Assembly (NCBI GenBank): GCA_035551475.1
Contig: DASZMX010000053.1
Location: forward strand, 32,328-96,327
DNA length: 64,000 nucleotides
Source: Verrucomicrobiia bacterium
GTDB taxonomy: Bacteria > Verrucomicrobiota > Verrucomicrobiia > Limisphaerales > Palsa-1400
Reading direction: 5' to 3'
Made by a program: the position numbers and the translations under genes. Positions within the stretch are counted from its first letter, which is position 1. Each line of letters begins with the position of its first letter. The notes under the pieces were generated by a model that saw nothing but the letters and a program-made list of their open reading frames with translations, was not told the origin of the DNA and searched no databases. Positions 1-8,024 of this stretch are shown piece by piece.

Positions 1-1
1 C

Positions 2-517
2 GCTGCTTGCAAAGCGGTGGATTTGGCCAGCTTGCTGGTCAAGGCGGGGGCGAACGTTCATGTGGTGATGACGGCGGATGCGCAACGCTTCGTGACGCCG
101 CTGCCTTTCAAAACGCTTTCGCGGCATCCGGTGGTGACAGATTTGTATGACGAGGAGGAAGGTTGGAAGCCTGCGCATATTGAATTGGCCGACCGGGCCG
201 ATTTGATGCTGATTGCGCCCGCCACCGCCAACACGCTGGCAAAACTGGCCCACGGATTGGCCGACGACGCACTGAGTTGCATTGCGCTGGCCTTGAATCC
301 GGGCGCAAAACTCGTCGTCGCCCCAGCCATGAACGGCAAAATGTGGCTGCATCCCGCCACCCAAGCGAACGCGCGCACCCTGCAAGAGCGCGGCGCGGAA
401 TTCATCGGGCCGGATAAAGGAATGTTGTCGTGCGGCTACGAAGGGGTCGGCCGGCTCTGGCCGGTGGAAGATATCGCCAAACGCGTCGCGGCGCGCTGGG
501 CGCCTCCCGAAAAGTGA
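2..517 (+). CDS. coaC: phosphopantothenoylcysteine decarboxylase-type flavoprotein (stand-alone CoaC, HFCD family); 5' end cut by window edge
   Basis: The frame is open from base 2 (AACKAVDLASLLVKAGANVHVVMT). HFCD motifs present: LIAPATANTLAKLAHGLADD, PAMNGKMW and substrate clamp SCGYEGVGRL. It stops at TGA 515-517 and no CoaB domain follows. Confidence 0.8.
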   Translation, partial: AACKAVDLASLLVKAGANVHVVMTADAQRFVTPLPFKTLSRHPVVTDLYDEEEGWKPAHIELADRADLMLIAPATANTLAKLAHGLADDALSCIALALNPGAKLVVAPAMNGKMWLHPATQANARTLQERGAEFIGPDKGMLSCGYEGVGRLWPVEDIAKRVAARWAPPEK

Positions 518-1911
518 AGCCGGATTCCCTCAACATCCCGGGCAGCGCGACCATTCAAAAAATCACGCGCTTGCTGGCGGCGCCAACGATCGAGCCGAGC
601 CAGCGGGCGGCCCGCATTCAAACCGTCGAGAAGGACATCATTCTGCCGTTGAAGGCGGTGCTGATCCTGATCCTCACCTATTTCTTTTTCTTTTCGCACT
701 GGCGCGACAACCCGGGCTCCCCCACCGCCATTGCGCTGGCGCTGTTGCAATGGTTTTTTGTCGGATATATCGCCATCAACCTCATGGCGGGAATCCTCCT
801 TTTGCGTGTCAATCAAATCAGTCTGCCCCGCCTGCAATGGCTTTTGTTCGGGCTCGGTTTGCTGGACGTGGCATTGATGGCGGGCCTGACATTTTTGACC
901 GACGGATCCGACAGTTATTTGTATTGGGTGTTCCCGGTGTTGATCCTGCACAACGCGCTGGCCATTCCGGTGGCGTTGCCGCAGTTGTTCCTGAACTGCC
1001 TGCTCGGGGTGGCTTTTGTCGTCGGCGCGGCTCTCGATCAATACAACGTTGACCAACTGAACATCGAGAACATCAAGAACAAGGCGGAAATGATCGTGCG
1101 GCAGGAAAATCGTTACGAACGCGTGATCGTGCTGCTGTTGTGGGCGAGTTGCTGTTACGGAATTCAATTGCTCTTTGAGCGTCAAAAACGCGCCGAGGCG
1201 GAAGCGACGGAATTTGCGGTGCGGCAGGAGCGTTTGCAAACCGCGGGGCGGCTGGCGGCGGAAATTGCGCACCAGATCAAAAATCCCCTGGCGATCATCA
1301 CCAACGCCGCGTTTTGCCTGCAACGCGCGGCGCAGGAAGGGCAAACCGCTGTGGATGAACAGGTGGGCATTATTCGCGAAGAAGTGGAGCGCGCCGATCA
1401 GATCATCACGGAATTGATGGGCTACGCGCAACTGGCCGAGGGCCGCGTCGAACGGCTGGACGTAACGGAGGAATTGGATTCGTCGCTGGCGCAGGTGTTT
1501 CCTTCGGCGGCCAAATTCCCCGTGGAGATTCGCCGGGACTATGAGGCGGGGTTGCCGGCCTTGCTGATGCAAAAGCGCCATCTCTCCGACATTCTGGTGA
1601 ATTTGCTCCAAAACGCGCGCGAAGCGATGAACGGCCACGGGGAAATCGAGGCGGGCGTTCGGTACGGAAAAGACGACAGCATCACCATTTTGATCGGCGA
1701 CAACGGTCCGGGCATCGCGCCCGAAAAAATTGACCGGATTTTCGAGGCCTATTTTACGACCCGGGAAAAAGGCACGGGCCTGGGGCTGGCCATTGTCAAA
1801 CATAACATCGAAATGTACGGCGGCAAGGTCAAGGTGGAATCGACGCTTGGAAAGGGCACCCGCTTTATGATAGATTTTCCGCCGCGCATTCAAATGAAAC
1901 TGCCTAAATGA
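514..1911 (+). CDS. membrane sensor histidine kinase (HisKA + HATPase_c)
   Basis: From ORF 430..1911, with the start trimmed to GTG 514 (GTGA overlap with the coaC stop). It has several N-terminal hydrophobic helices, H-box AAEIAHQIKNPLAII, and ATPase boxes LLQNAREAM, DNGPGI and GTGLGLAIV. Confidence 0.85.
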   Translation: MKPDSLNIPGSATIQKITRLLAAPTIEPSQRAARIQTVEKDIILPLKAVLILILTYFFFFSHWRDNPGSPTAIALALLQWFFVGYIAINLMAGILLLRVNQISLPRLQWLLFGLGLLDVALMAGLTFLTDGSDSYLYWVFPVLILHNALAIPVALPQLFLNCLLGVAFVVGAALDQYNVDQLNIENIKNKAEMIVRQENRYERVIVLLLWASCCYGIQLLFERQKRAEAEATEFAVRQERLQTAGRLAAEIAHQIKNPLAIITNAAFCLQRAAQEGQTAVDEQVGIIREEVERADQIITELMGYAQLAEGRVERLDVTEELDSSLAQVFPSAAKFPVEIRRDYEAGLPALLMQKRHLSDILVNLLQNAREAMNGHGEIEAGVRYGKDDSITILIGDNGPGIAPEKIDRIFEAYFTTREKGTGLGLAIVKHNIEMYGGKVKVESTLGKGTRFMIDFPPRIQMKLPK

Positions 1912-3323
1912 TACCCCTTCCCCCAGTGCTGGTGGTGGATGACGAAAAGAACATGCGTCTTTCGTTGAAGTCGATTTTGGCGGGCGAAGGGTACGACATG
2001 CGGCTGGTGGAATCGGCCGAGGAAGCCGTCTCGTTTTTGGAGCGCGAAGAATTTTTCATGGTGATTACCGACGCCCGCCTCGGCGGGATGAGCGGCTATC
2101 AATTCCTCGGCACGGCGGCGAAGCGCTGGCCGGACGTCCCCATCCTTATGATCACCGCCTACGCCACGCCCAAGCTCGCGGTGGAGGCCATCAAGTCCGG
2201 GGCCATCGATTACCTGGCCAAGCCATTTGCGCCCGAGGAATTGCTCCACGCGGTGGGGCGTTGCGCCGAGCGTTACCGGCTGTTGCGCGATAACGCGTCG
2301 CTGCGCGCGCATGTCAACCAGCGCTACCAACTGGAGCAAATCATCGGCGATTCCGTCAAGATGCGGGAATTGAAGGAGCAAATCCGCATTGTCGCCGCCT
2401 CCAACGCCACGGTTCTGATCCTGGGCGAAAGCGGCACCGGCAAGGAATTGATTGCCGGCGCGCTGCACAGCTTGAGCCAGCGCAAACAAGGGAATTACAT
2501 CCGCATCAATTGCGCGGCCATCCCCGAGAATCTTTTGGAGAGCGAACTTTTCGGCCATGAAAAAGGCTCGTTCACCGGCGCCATCCGGCAGAAGCCTGGG
2601 CGCGTGGAAGAAGCGCATGGCGGCACAATTTTCCTGGACGAAATTGGCGATATGAGCCGCCCGCTGCAGGCGAAGCTGCTGCGGTTTTTGGAGGATGGGA
2701 CCTTCACGCGCGTCGGCGGCAACGAGGAGCTGCATGTGGATGTGCGACTGATTGCCGCCACCAACCGCGACATCATTGAGGCGATCAGCCAGAATAATTT
2801 CCGCGAGGACCTGTTTCATCGCCTCAACGTCGTGCAATTTCGCCCCCCGCCTTTGCGCGAGCGCGGGAACGACATCATCGCGCTGGCGGAAACATTTTTG
2901 CTGCACTACAACAACTCGATGAAAAAGCACATTCGCGGCATCAGCACGGCGGGCCGGCAGAAGCTGCTCGGCCATCATTGGCCGGGCAATGTGCGGGAAT
3001 TGCGCAATGTGATTGAGCGCGCGGTCATCCTGGAAAACAGCGCGGAAGTCCAGCCCAACAGCCTCCCGGATTTTCACCTGGAAGGCCGCCTGCGCAAGAC
3101 CGAGGCGATCACGGCGACCGGCAACGAATCCCTCGACGAACTGATGGCCAGCTTCGAGCGGCAGTTGGTCAATTCGACGCTGGAGCAAAATCGCTACAAT
3201 ATTTCCAAAACGGCCGAGCAGCTGAAAATCAGCCGGCACGCCCTGCGCTATCGAATGCAGCGGCTCAATATCAACGTCGCGTCAGACGAGGACACCTCCA
3301 CCGCCGCGGCGAAGGAAAATTAA
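1908..3323 (+). CDS. sigma-54-dependent response regulator (NtrC/AtoC family)
   Basis: REC domain (VLVVDDEKNMR), AAA+ activator motifs GESGTGKE and GSFTGA, and a C-terminal Fis-type HTH (ISKTAEQLKISRHALRYRMQRL). ATGA overlap with the kinase gene. Confidence 0.92.
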   Translation: MIPLPPVLVVDDEKNMRLSLKSILAGEGYDMRLVESAEEAVSFLEREEFFMVITDARLGGMSGYQFLGTAAKRWPDVPILMITAYATPKLAVEAIKSGAIDYLAKPFAPEELLHAVGRCAERYRLLRDNASLRAHVNQRYQLEQIIGDSVKMRELKEQIRIVAASNATVLILGESGTGKELIAGALHSLSQRKQGNYIRINCAAIPENLLESELFGHEKGSFTGAIRQKPGRVEEAHGGTIFLDEIGDMSRPLQAKLLRFLEDGTFTRVGGNEELHVDVRLIAATNRDIIEAISQNNFREDLFHRLNVVQFRPPPLRERGNDIIALAETFLLHYNNSMKKHIRGISTAGRQKLLGHHWPGNVRELRNVIERAVILENSAEVQPNSLPDFHLEGRLRKTEAITATGNESLDELMASFERQLVNSTLEQNRYNISKTAEQLKISRHALRYRMQRLNINVASDEDTSTAAAKEN

Positions 3324-3343
3324 CCGCGCGCGGGCGCCGCCAC

Positions 3344-4216
3344 ATGACGCAGCACAGTCAAGTTATCACCCGCAAGAGCGCCTCCAACCTGGCGCTGGCT
3401 TTTATTCTCCTGCCCAAACCGCGGCGCGACGCCATGGCGGCCCTCTATGCTTTTTGCCGCGAGGTGGATGACGTGGCGGATGACGAAACCGCGCCGGTGG
3501 AGAAGCGCCGCCTGGATCTGGACCGCTGGCGCCGGGATGTCGGCAAGGCTTGCGCCGGCGGCGCGCCCGAGTTCGTGGTGAACCGCGAATTGCAGCCCGT
3601 CATCAAGGAATATCAATTGCCATTTACTTATTTTGACGAGCTGATTCGCGGCTGTGAAATGGATCTCGATGTCAAGCGCTACCGCAATTTCGAGGAGCTG
3701 GAGCAATATTGCTATCGCGTGGCGTCGGTGGTCGGACTGCTCAGCATTCAGATCTTTGGCTACACCGATCCGCGCTGCCGGGAATACGCCATTTACCTCG
3801 GCAAGGCTTTGCAGTTGACAAACATTCTGCGCGATGTGCGCACGGACGCGGAGCGCGGCCGGATTTACCTGCCGCTTTCGGAATTGGAGCGCTTCGGGGC
3901 GCGCCCAGATGAAATTCTGCGCTCGGAATACACTGACCGTTTTGCGCAAGCCGCGGCGAGCGTCGCCACCCGGGCGCGAACATTTTATGAGGCGGCGCGC
4001 CAGACGCTGCCAGCCGGCGACCGTCGCTCCATGGCGGCCGCAGAGCTGATGGGAGCGGTCTATTGGCGGCTGCTGCGCAAGTTGGAGCGGCGCCGTTTTC
4101 GCGTCTTTGGCCCGCACCTCACGCGCGTTGGCAAAGGCCACAAGATCTTGCTTATTTTGCGCACATGGCTGCGGTTGGCGGCGGGGGGCAACTCGCCCAA
4201 TTACGGCGCCGCGTGA
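3344..4216 (+). CDS. squalene/phytoene synthase family protein (HpnD-like presqualene diphosphate synthase candidate)
   Basis: Asp-rich motif YAFCREVDDVADDE, plus YCYRVASVVG and LQLTNILRDVRTDAERGRIYLP, all typical of trans-isoprenyl diphosphate synthases (head-to-head class). Confidence 0.75.
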   Translation: MTQHSQVITRKSASNLALAFILLPKPRRDAMAALYAFCREVDDVADDETAPVEKRRLDLDRWRRDVGKACAGGAPEFVVNRELQPVIKEYQLPFTYFDELIRGCEMDLDVKRYRNFEELEQYCYRVASVVGLLSIQIFGYTDPRCREYAIYLGKALQLTNILRDVRTDAERGRIYLPLSELERFGARPDEILRSEYTDRFAQAAASVATRARTFYEAARQTLPAGDRRSMAAAELMGAVYWRLLRKLERRRFRVFGPHLTRVGKGHKILLILRTWLRLAAGGNSPNYGAA

Positions 4217-5052
4217 AGGAGTCGCGCGAGCAACCGCGGCGGCGCCTGATCGTGAACGCCGATGATTTTGGGCGCTCCGCCTCCATCAATGAGGCGGTGA
4301 TCCGCGCTCATCGGGAGGGAATTCTCACCACCGCCAGCCTGATGGTCAATGAGGCCGACACGGACGCGGCAGTGGAACTTGCCCGGCAAAATCCGGGCTT
4401 GGGCGTCGGCCTGCATCTCGCGCTGGTGTGCGGACGCTCCGCCCTGCCCCAGGCGCAGATTCCCCATCTGGTCGATGCGCAAAACCAATTTTCCACCGCG
4501 GCGCCAGCGGCGGGCCTGCGCTATTTTTTATCGGGCGCCTGCCGGGCGGAACTGCGCGCGGAAATTAAGGCTCAATTCGCGCGCTTTCATGCCACCGGAC
4601 TGACGCTCGACCATGTCAACGGCCATCTCCATTTGCACCTGCATCCCGTGGTGTTCGATATTTTGGCGGAGAACGCAGCGCGCTGGAAAATCAAATTCAT
4701 GCGCTTGACAGTCGATCCGTTGGGGCTGAACGCGCGCCTCGCCCCGGGTCAGTGGCTTTACCGCTTGAGCCACGCGGCCGTATTCGGCGCGCTCTCGGCG
4801 CGGGCGAGGCCCCACCTGCGGCGGTTGGGAATCCGCAGCACGGAGCGGGTCTTTGGATTGCTGCAAAATGCGCGCGTGGACGCTCCGTTTGTGCGGCGGC
4901 TGCTGCCGGAACTGCCCCCGGGCGATTCCGAGCTTTACTCGCATCCCTCGCTTGATCAGTTTAAGAACGAATTCGACGCCCTGGTGGACCCGCCGGTCAA
5001 GGAAGCGGTGGCGCGCCTGGGCATCCAATTGATTCGTTACCAGGATTTGTAG
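4213..5052 (+). CDS. hpnK: YdjC-family deacetylase, hopanoid biosynthesis-associated HpnK-like
   Basis: From ORF 4063..5052, with the start trimmed to GTG 4213 (GTGA overlap with the upstream stop; ATG 4165 is an alternative). Motifs LIVNADDFGRSASINEAVIRAHREGILTTASLMVN, GVGLHLAL and LDHVNGHLHLHLHP match the YdjC/HpnK pattern. Confidence 0.7.
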   Translation: MKESREQPRRRLIVNADDFGRSASINEAVIRAHREGILTTASLMVNEADTDAAVELARQNPGLGVGLHLALVCGRSALPQAQIPHLVDAQNQFSTAAPAAGLRYFLSGACRAELRAEIKAQFARFHATGLTLDHVNGHLHLHLHPVVFDILAENAARWKIKFMRLTVDPLGLNARLAPGQWLYRLSHAAVFGALSARARPHLRRLGIRSTERVFGLLQNARVDAPFVRRLLPELPPGDSELYSHPSLDQFKNEFDALVDPPVKEAVARLGIQLIRYQDL

Positions 5053-5058
5053 ATAAAC

Positions 5059-5499
5059 ATGGCAAAAATCATTCTTATACTTGTCGTTGCGGCGATCGTG
5101 GAATCCATCGGGGTGGCTTTTTTGAGCGGAGGGCTGAAGGAAATCGAAGGCATCAAATCCATCACCGCGGCGGAAGTCTTCCGGGTGGCCAAAAGCGGCG
5201 TGTGCAACGGAAAGATTCTTTTAGGGGTGGCCCTGGAGGCGGCTTTTTTTGGCAGTTTGCTCTATCTGCTATCCAAACGGGACGTCAGCTTTGTCTGGCC
5301 GATGACATCGCTTGGCTTCATTTTCACCACCTTGGCGGCGGTGATTTTTCTGCACGAGAAAGTCTCCCCGGCGCGCTGGGCCGGCGTGGCGTTGATTGCC
5401 CTTGGAGCCGGCCTTTCGTCCTATAGCGAGGCTGTCAAGCAACGGCCCGAGGCCCCTGCTCCGCCGCCTGCGGCGTCAACACCGCTCCACCCGCAGTAG
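5059..5499 (+). CDS. small 4-TM EamA/DMT-like membrane protein with Pro-rich tail
   Basis: 146 aa with four hydrophobic segments, the size and layout of half-size DMT proteins. The C-terminus is [13 protein letters not shown]. It lies 6 nt after hpnK. Confidence 0.6.
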   Translation: MAKIILILVVAAIVESIGVAFLSGGLKEIEGIKSITAAEVFRVAKSGVCNGKILLGVALEAAFFGSLLYLLSKRDVSFVWPMTSLGFIFTTLAAVIFLHEKVSPARWAGVALIALGAGLSSYSEAVKQRPEAPAPPPAASTPLHPQ

Positions 5500-6186
5500 C
5501 TCTTCCAGGACCGCGCCCAAGCGGCGGGACGCTTCGACCGTCTGGCGCTGAAATTCCATCAGCTTGGGCACCCGGCCGGGATGACGCAGGATCGCGCCCA
5601 CGAGTTTAAAGTAGTTGATGCGGTCTTCAGAAGTCATCAGCGCGTTGAAATCCAAAGGCAAATCCTGGCGCGCATCATCGGAAATGACGCGGATGGTCAC
5701 GCTCGGGATGCCCAATTCCCGGCAGATCGTGCGGATGACGGAGGATTCCATTTCGACCGCATCCGCGCCGGTGGACTTCCACAAACCGGCCTTTTCCTCC
5801 GCCGTGGTGGCGACGCGGCGATGGCAGTAAAACCGCGCCTTGATCGCGCCCAATTCCTCCAACTCAGGCTCAAAATCGGCGTCGTCATCCTCGTAAACCA
5901 CGGCCCCCGGCGGCAGCGCCGGATTCAGACCACCCGCGAAGCCCGCGCTGATCACGCAACTCGGCTGCACCGCGGCGATGGCCTCGCGAATGTTGCGCGC
6001 GGCATTATGCCGGCCAATGCCTGTCAACCACACCTGGCACGAGTTGCCCGTCGCAACTTCGCGCAGGCGCGGACGGTGCGGCGCAAAAAACTTCATTTCC
6101 TCGACCACCGCAAAGCAGACGAGCAAATCAACCGGCGGCTTGGCCAACCGCCCCACCGGACCCTGACCATGACGATACGTGGGCAT
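5476..6186 (-). CDS. PNP/UDP-phosphorylase-family nucleosidase (HpnG-like; MTA/SAH or futalosine nucleosidase-like)
   Basis: Motifs SAGFAGGLNP, GADAVEMESSVI and VTIRVISDDA are typical of the PNP_UDP_1 nucleosidase fold. It neighbours hpnK and the squalene synthase-like gene. Confidence 0.65.
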   Translation of the reverse strand: MPTYRHGQGPVGRLAKPPVDLLVCFAVVEEMKFFAPHRPRLREVATGNSCQVWLTGIGRHNAARNIREAIAAVQPSCVISAGFAGGLNPALPPGAVVYEDDDADFEPELEELGAIKARFYCHRRVATTAEEKAGLWKSTGADAVEMESSVIRTICRELGIPSVTIRVISDDARQDLPLDFNALMTSEDRINYFKLVGAILRHPGRVPKLMEFQRQTVEASRRLGAVLEELLRVERC

Positions 6187-6192
6187 GGGAAT

Positions 6193-6912
6193 TTATTTTA
6201 TCGCGGACAAACGTTCATTCCAGATTTTATATAACTGCGTGGTGGCGTAAACATCGCGCAGGCAATACTCGGCAATCTCCCGCTGCCGGCCCTCGGCCAG
6301 CATCTGCCCGATATCCATGCCCGTGACACCCTGGCTCTTGGGCGATTCCAAGCCAAAGGCCTTGCAATAGAAATCGAGATTGAACCGCCGCGCCGCCCCT
6401 TCCCGCCCGCTCACGCCGTAAAACGTCAACTGCTCCAGGAGATCGCAATGCGGATCGACGGCGAAACGGTAGCCCAACCAATCCTTGCGCGAAATGGCGA
6501 CGTTCAACAGCGCCGAGCGCATGTAAATAAACGGCACGTCAAACCCGCGCCCATTGAAGGTGATGATTGAGTCGTAGCGAACGGCCACCTCCCAAAACTC
6601 AGTCAACAATTCCGTCTCATCGGCGCACGGCACAAATTCCACCGCGCCCGGCGCCGTGCCTTCCGGCTCGAAATCCTCGGCTTGAAAAAGCACTTTGCCG
6701 CGGCACGAATCCACGTTGAGCATGGCAATGCAAACGACCTGTCCGGTCATGGGCCACAAGCTGAAAAGACGCGCGATTTCCTCCCGCCGTTGCGCGCGCA
6801 GGACGGGGTCGGTTAAATTCTCCGCTTCCCGAAACAGATATTCCTGCTGGACGGGGTCAAACTGTTCCATCGGCAGGGCGGAGGTTTCAATGTCGAAAAC
6901 GAGTTTCGCCAC
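6193..6912 (-). CDS. DEDDy 3'-5' exonuclease related to the PolB exonuclease domain
   Basis: Motifs LVFDIETSAL, ITFNGRGFDVPFIYMRS and YCLRDVYATTQLY. From ORF 6193..7032, with the start trimmed to GTG 6912 (VAKLVFDIE) so that it does not run over the divergent gene at 6999. Confidence 0.65.
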   Translation of the reverse strand: MAKLVFDIETSALPMEQFDPVQQEYLFREAENLTDPVLRAQRREEIARLFSLWPMTGQVVCIAMLNVDSCRGKVLFQAEDFEPEGTAPGAVEFVPCADETELLTEFWEVAVRYDSIITFNGRGFDVPFIYMRSALLNVAISRKDWLGYRFAVDPHCDLLEQLTFYGVSGREGAARRFNLDFYCKAFGLESPKSQGVTGMDIGQMLAEGRQREIAEYCLRDVYATTQLYKIWNERLSAIK

Positions 6913-6998
6913 GCCGGCAGTGTAGGCGCGCCCTGCTTGGGCGGCTAGCGCAAAATGCGGCCGTTGACTTCGAGAGCTGTAATGCACACGATGCGCGC

Positions 6999-7898
6999 AT
7001 GAAATCCCTGGCTTGGCTTTTGGCGCTGGCAATTGTCACTTCCGCACGGGCGGCGGATCCCATTCCCCTTTGGCCGCACGGCGCGCCCGGTGAAACAAGC
7101 GACAGGGGCGCGGAACAAGACACCTCGAAACCCGGCGAAGGCCTCGTGGCCGGGCGTTCTGTCATCCGGCTTGGCAATGTTTCCCAACCAACGATTACCG
7201 TTTATGCCCCGCCCCCGAGCCAAAACACGGGCGCAGCCGTGGTCGTCTGTCCCGGCGGCGGTTATCGCATCCTCGCGTATGACCTCGAAGGAACAGAAAT
7301 CTGTGATTGGCTCAATTCCATCGGCGTGACCGGCGTGCTGCTCAAATATCGCGTGCCGGCACAGCCGAACCAGGAGCGTTACACTGCGCCCCTGCAGGAC
7401 GCGCAGCGGGCGTTGGGAATGGTGCGCGCCCACGCGGAGGACTGGAAAATTGACTCCAAACGCGTGGGCATTCTTGGATTTTCGGCGGGCGGCCATCTCT
7501 CCGCCGCGGCCAGTTGCAATTACGACAAGCGGACTTATCCCGAAGTGGACGCGGCGGATCATTTAAGCTGCCGCCCCGATTTCGCGGTGATCGTTTACCC
7601 CGGGTACCTCGTGATCAAGGAACAAGGCAACAAAATCGCGCCGGAATTGAATGTCACTTCCAACACGCCGCCGACTTTCCTCGTGCAAACGGAAGACGAC
7701 CCGGTGCGCGTGGAGAATAGTGTTTACTATTTCCTGGCGCTCAAAAATGCCGGCGTGCCGGCGGAGCTTCATGCTTTCCCCGCTGGCGGCCATGGCTATG
7801 GTCTGCGCCCTTCGGCCAAAGCCAAAGCAGTCACCGGCTGGCCCAAATTGGCGGAGGAATGGATGCGCGGACGCGGCCTCCTAAAAGCCGGTTCTTGA
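6999..7898 (+). CDS. secreted alpha/beta hydrolase (esterase/lipase-like)
   Basis: Signal peptide MKSLAWLLALAIVTSARA, oxyanion region VVCPGGGY, nucleophile elbow GFSAGGH, and distal D and H residues (TEDDP, GGHGYG). Confidence 0.8.
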   Translation: MKSLAWLLALAIVTSARAADPIPLWPHGAPGETSDRGAEQDTSKPGEGLVAGRSVIRLGNVSQPTITVYAPPPSQNTGAAVVVCPGGGYRILAYDLEGTEICDWLNSIGVTGVLLKYRVPAQPNQERYTAPLQDAQRALGMVRAHAEDWKIDSKRVGILGFSAGGHLSAAASCNYDKRTYPEVDAADHLSCRPDFAVIVYPGYLVIKEQGNKIAPELNVTSNTPPTFLVQTEDDPVRVENSVYYFLALKNAGVPAELHAFPAGGHGYGLRPSAKAKAVTGWPKLAEEWMRGRGLLKAGS

Positions 7899-8024
7899 CA
7901 GCGCGCCATCGGGCGCCGCGCTCAGGCTTTCACCGGGGACACGCTCCGATTGCCGGTCTTTCATCCGATGCTATGGTGTGCCCACAAGCATCGAGTTGCA
8001 AAATTTCTAACAAAGGACAAGAGG

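Noticed and set aside
436-1893. 485-aa ORF antisense to the histidine kinase gene
   Set aside because: Arg/Gly/Pro/Gln-rich low-complexity translation with no recognisable motifs. This is a typical high-GC shadow ORF opposite a well-supported gene.
7899-7930. GC-rich partial hairpin (gcgcc-atcg-ggcgc) after the esterase gene, considered as a terminator
   Set aside because: The stem is short and irregular, with no following T tract. That is not enough to call a terminator.
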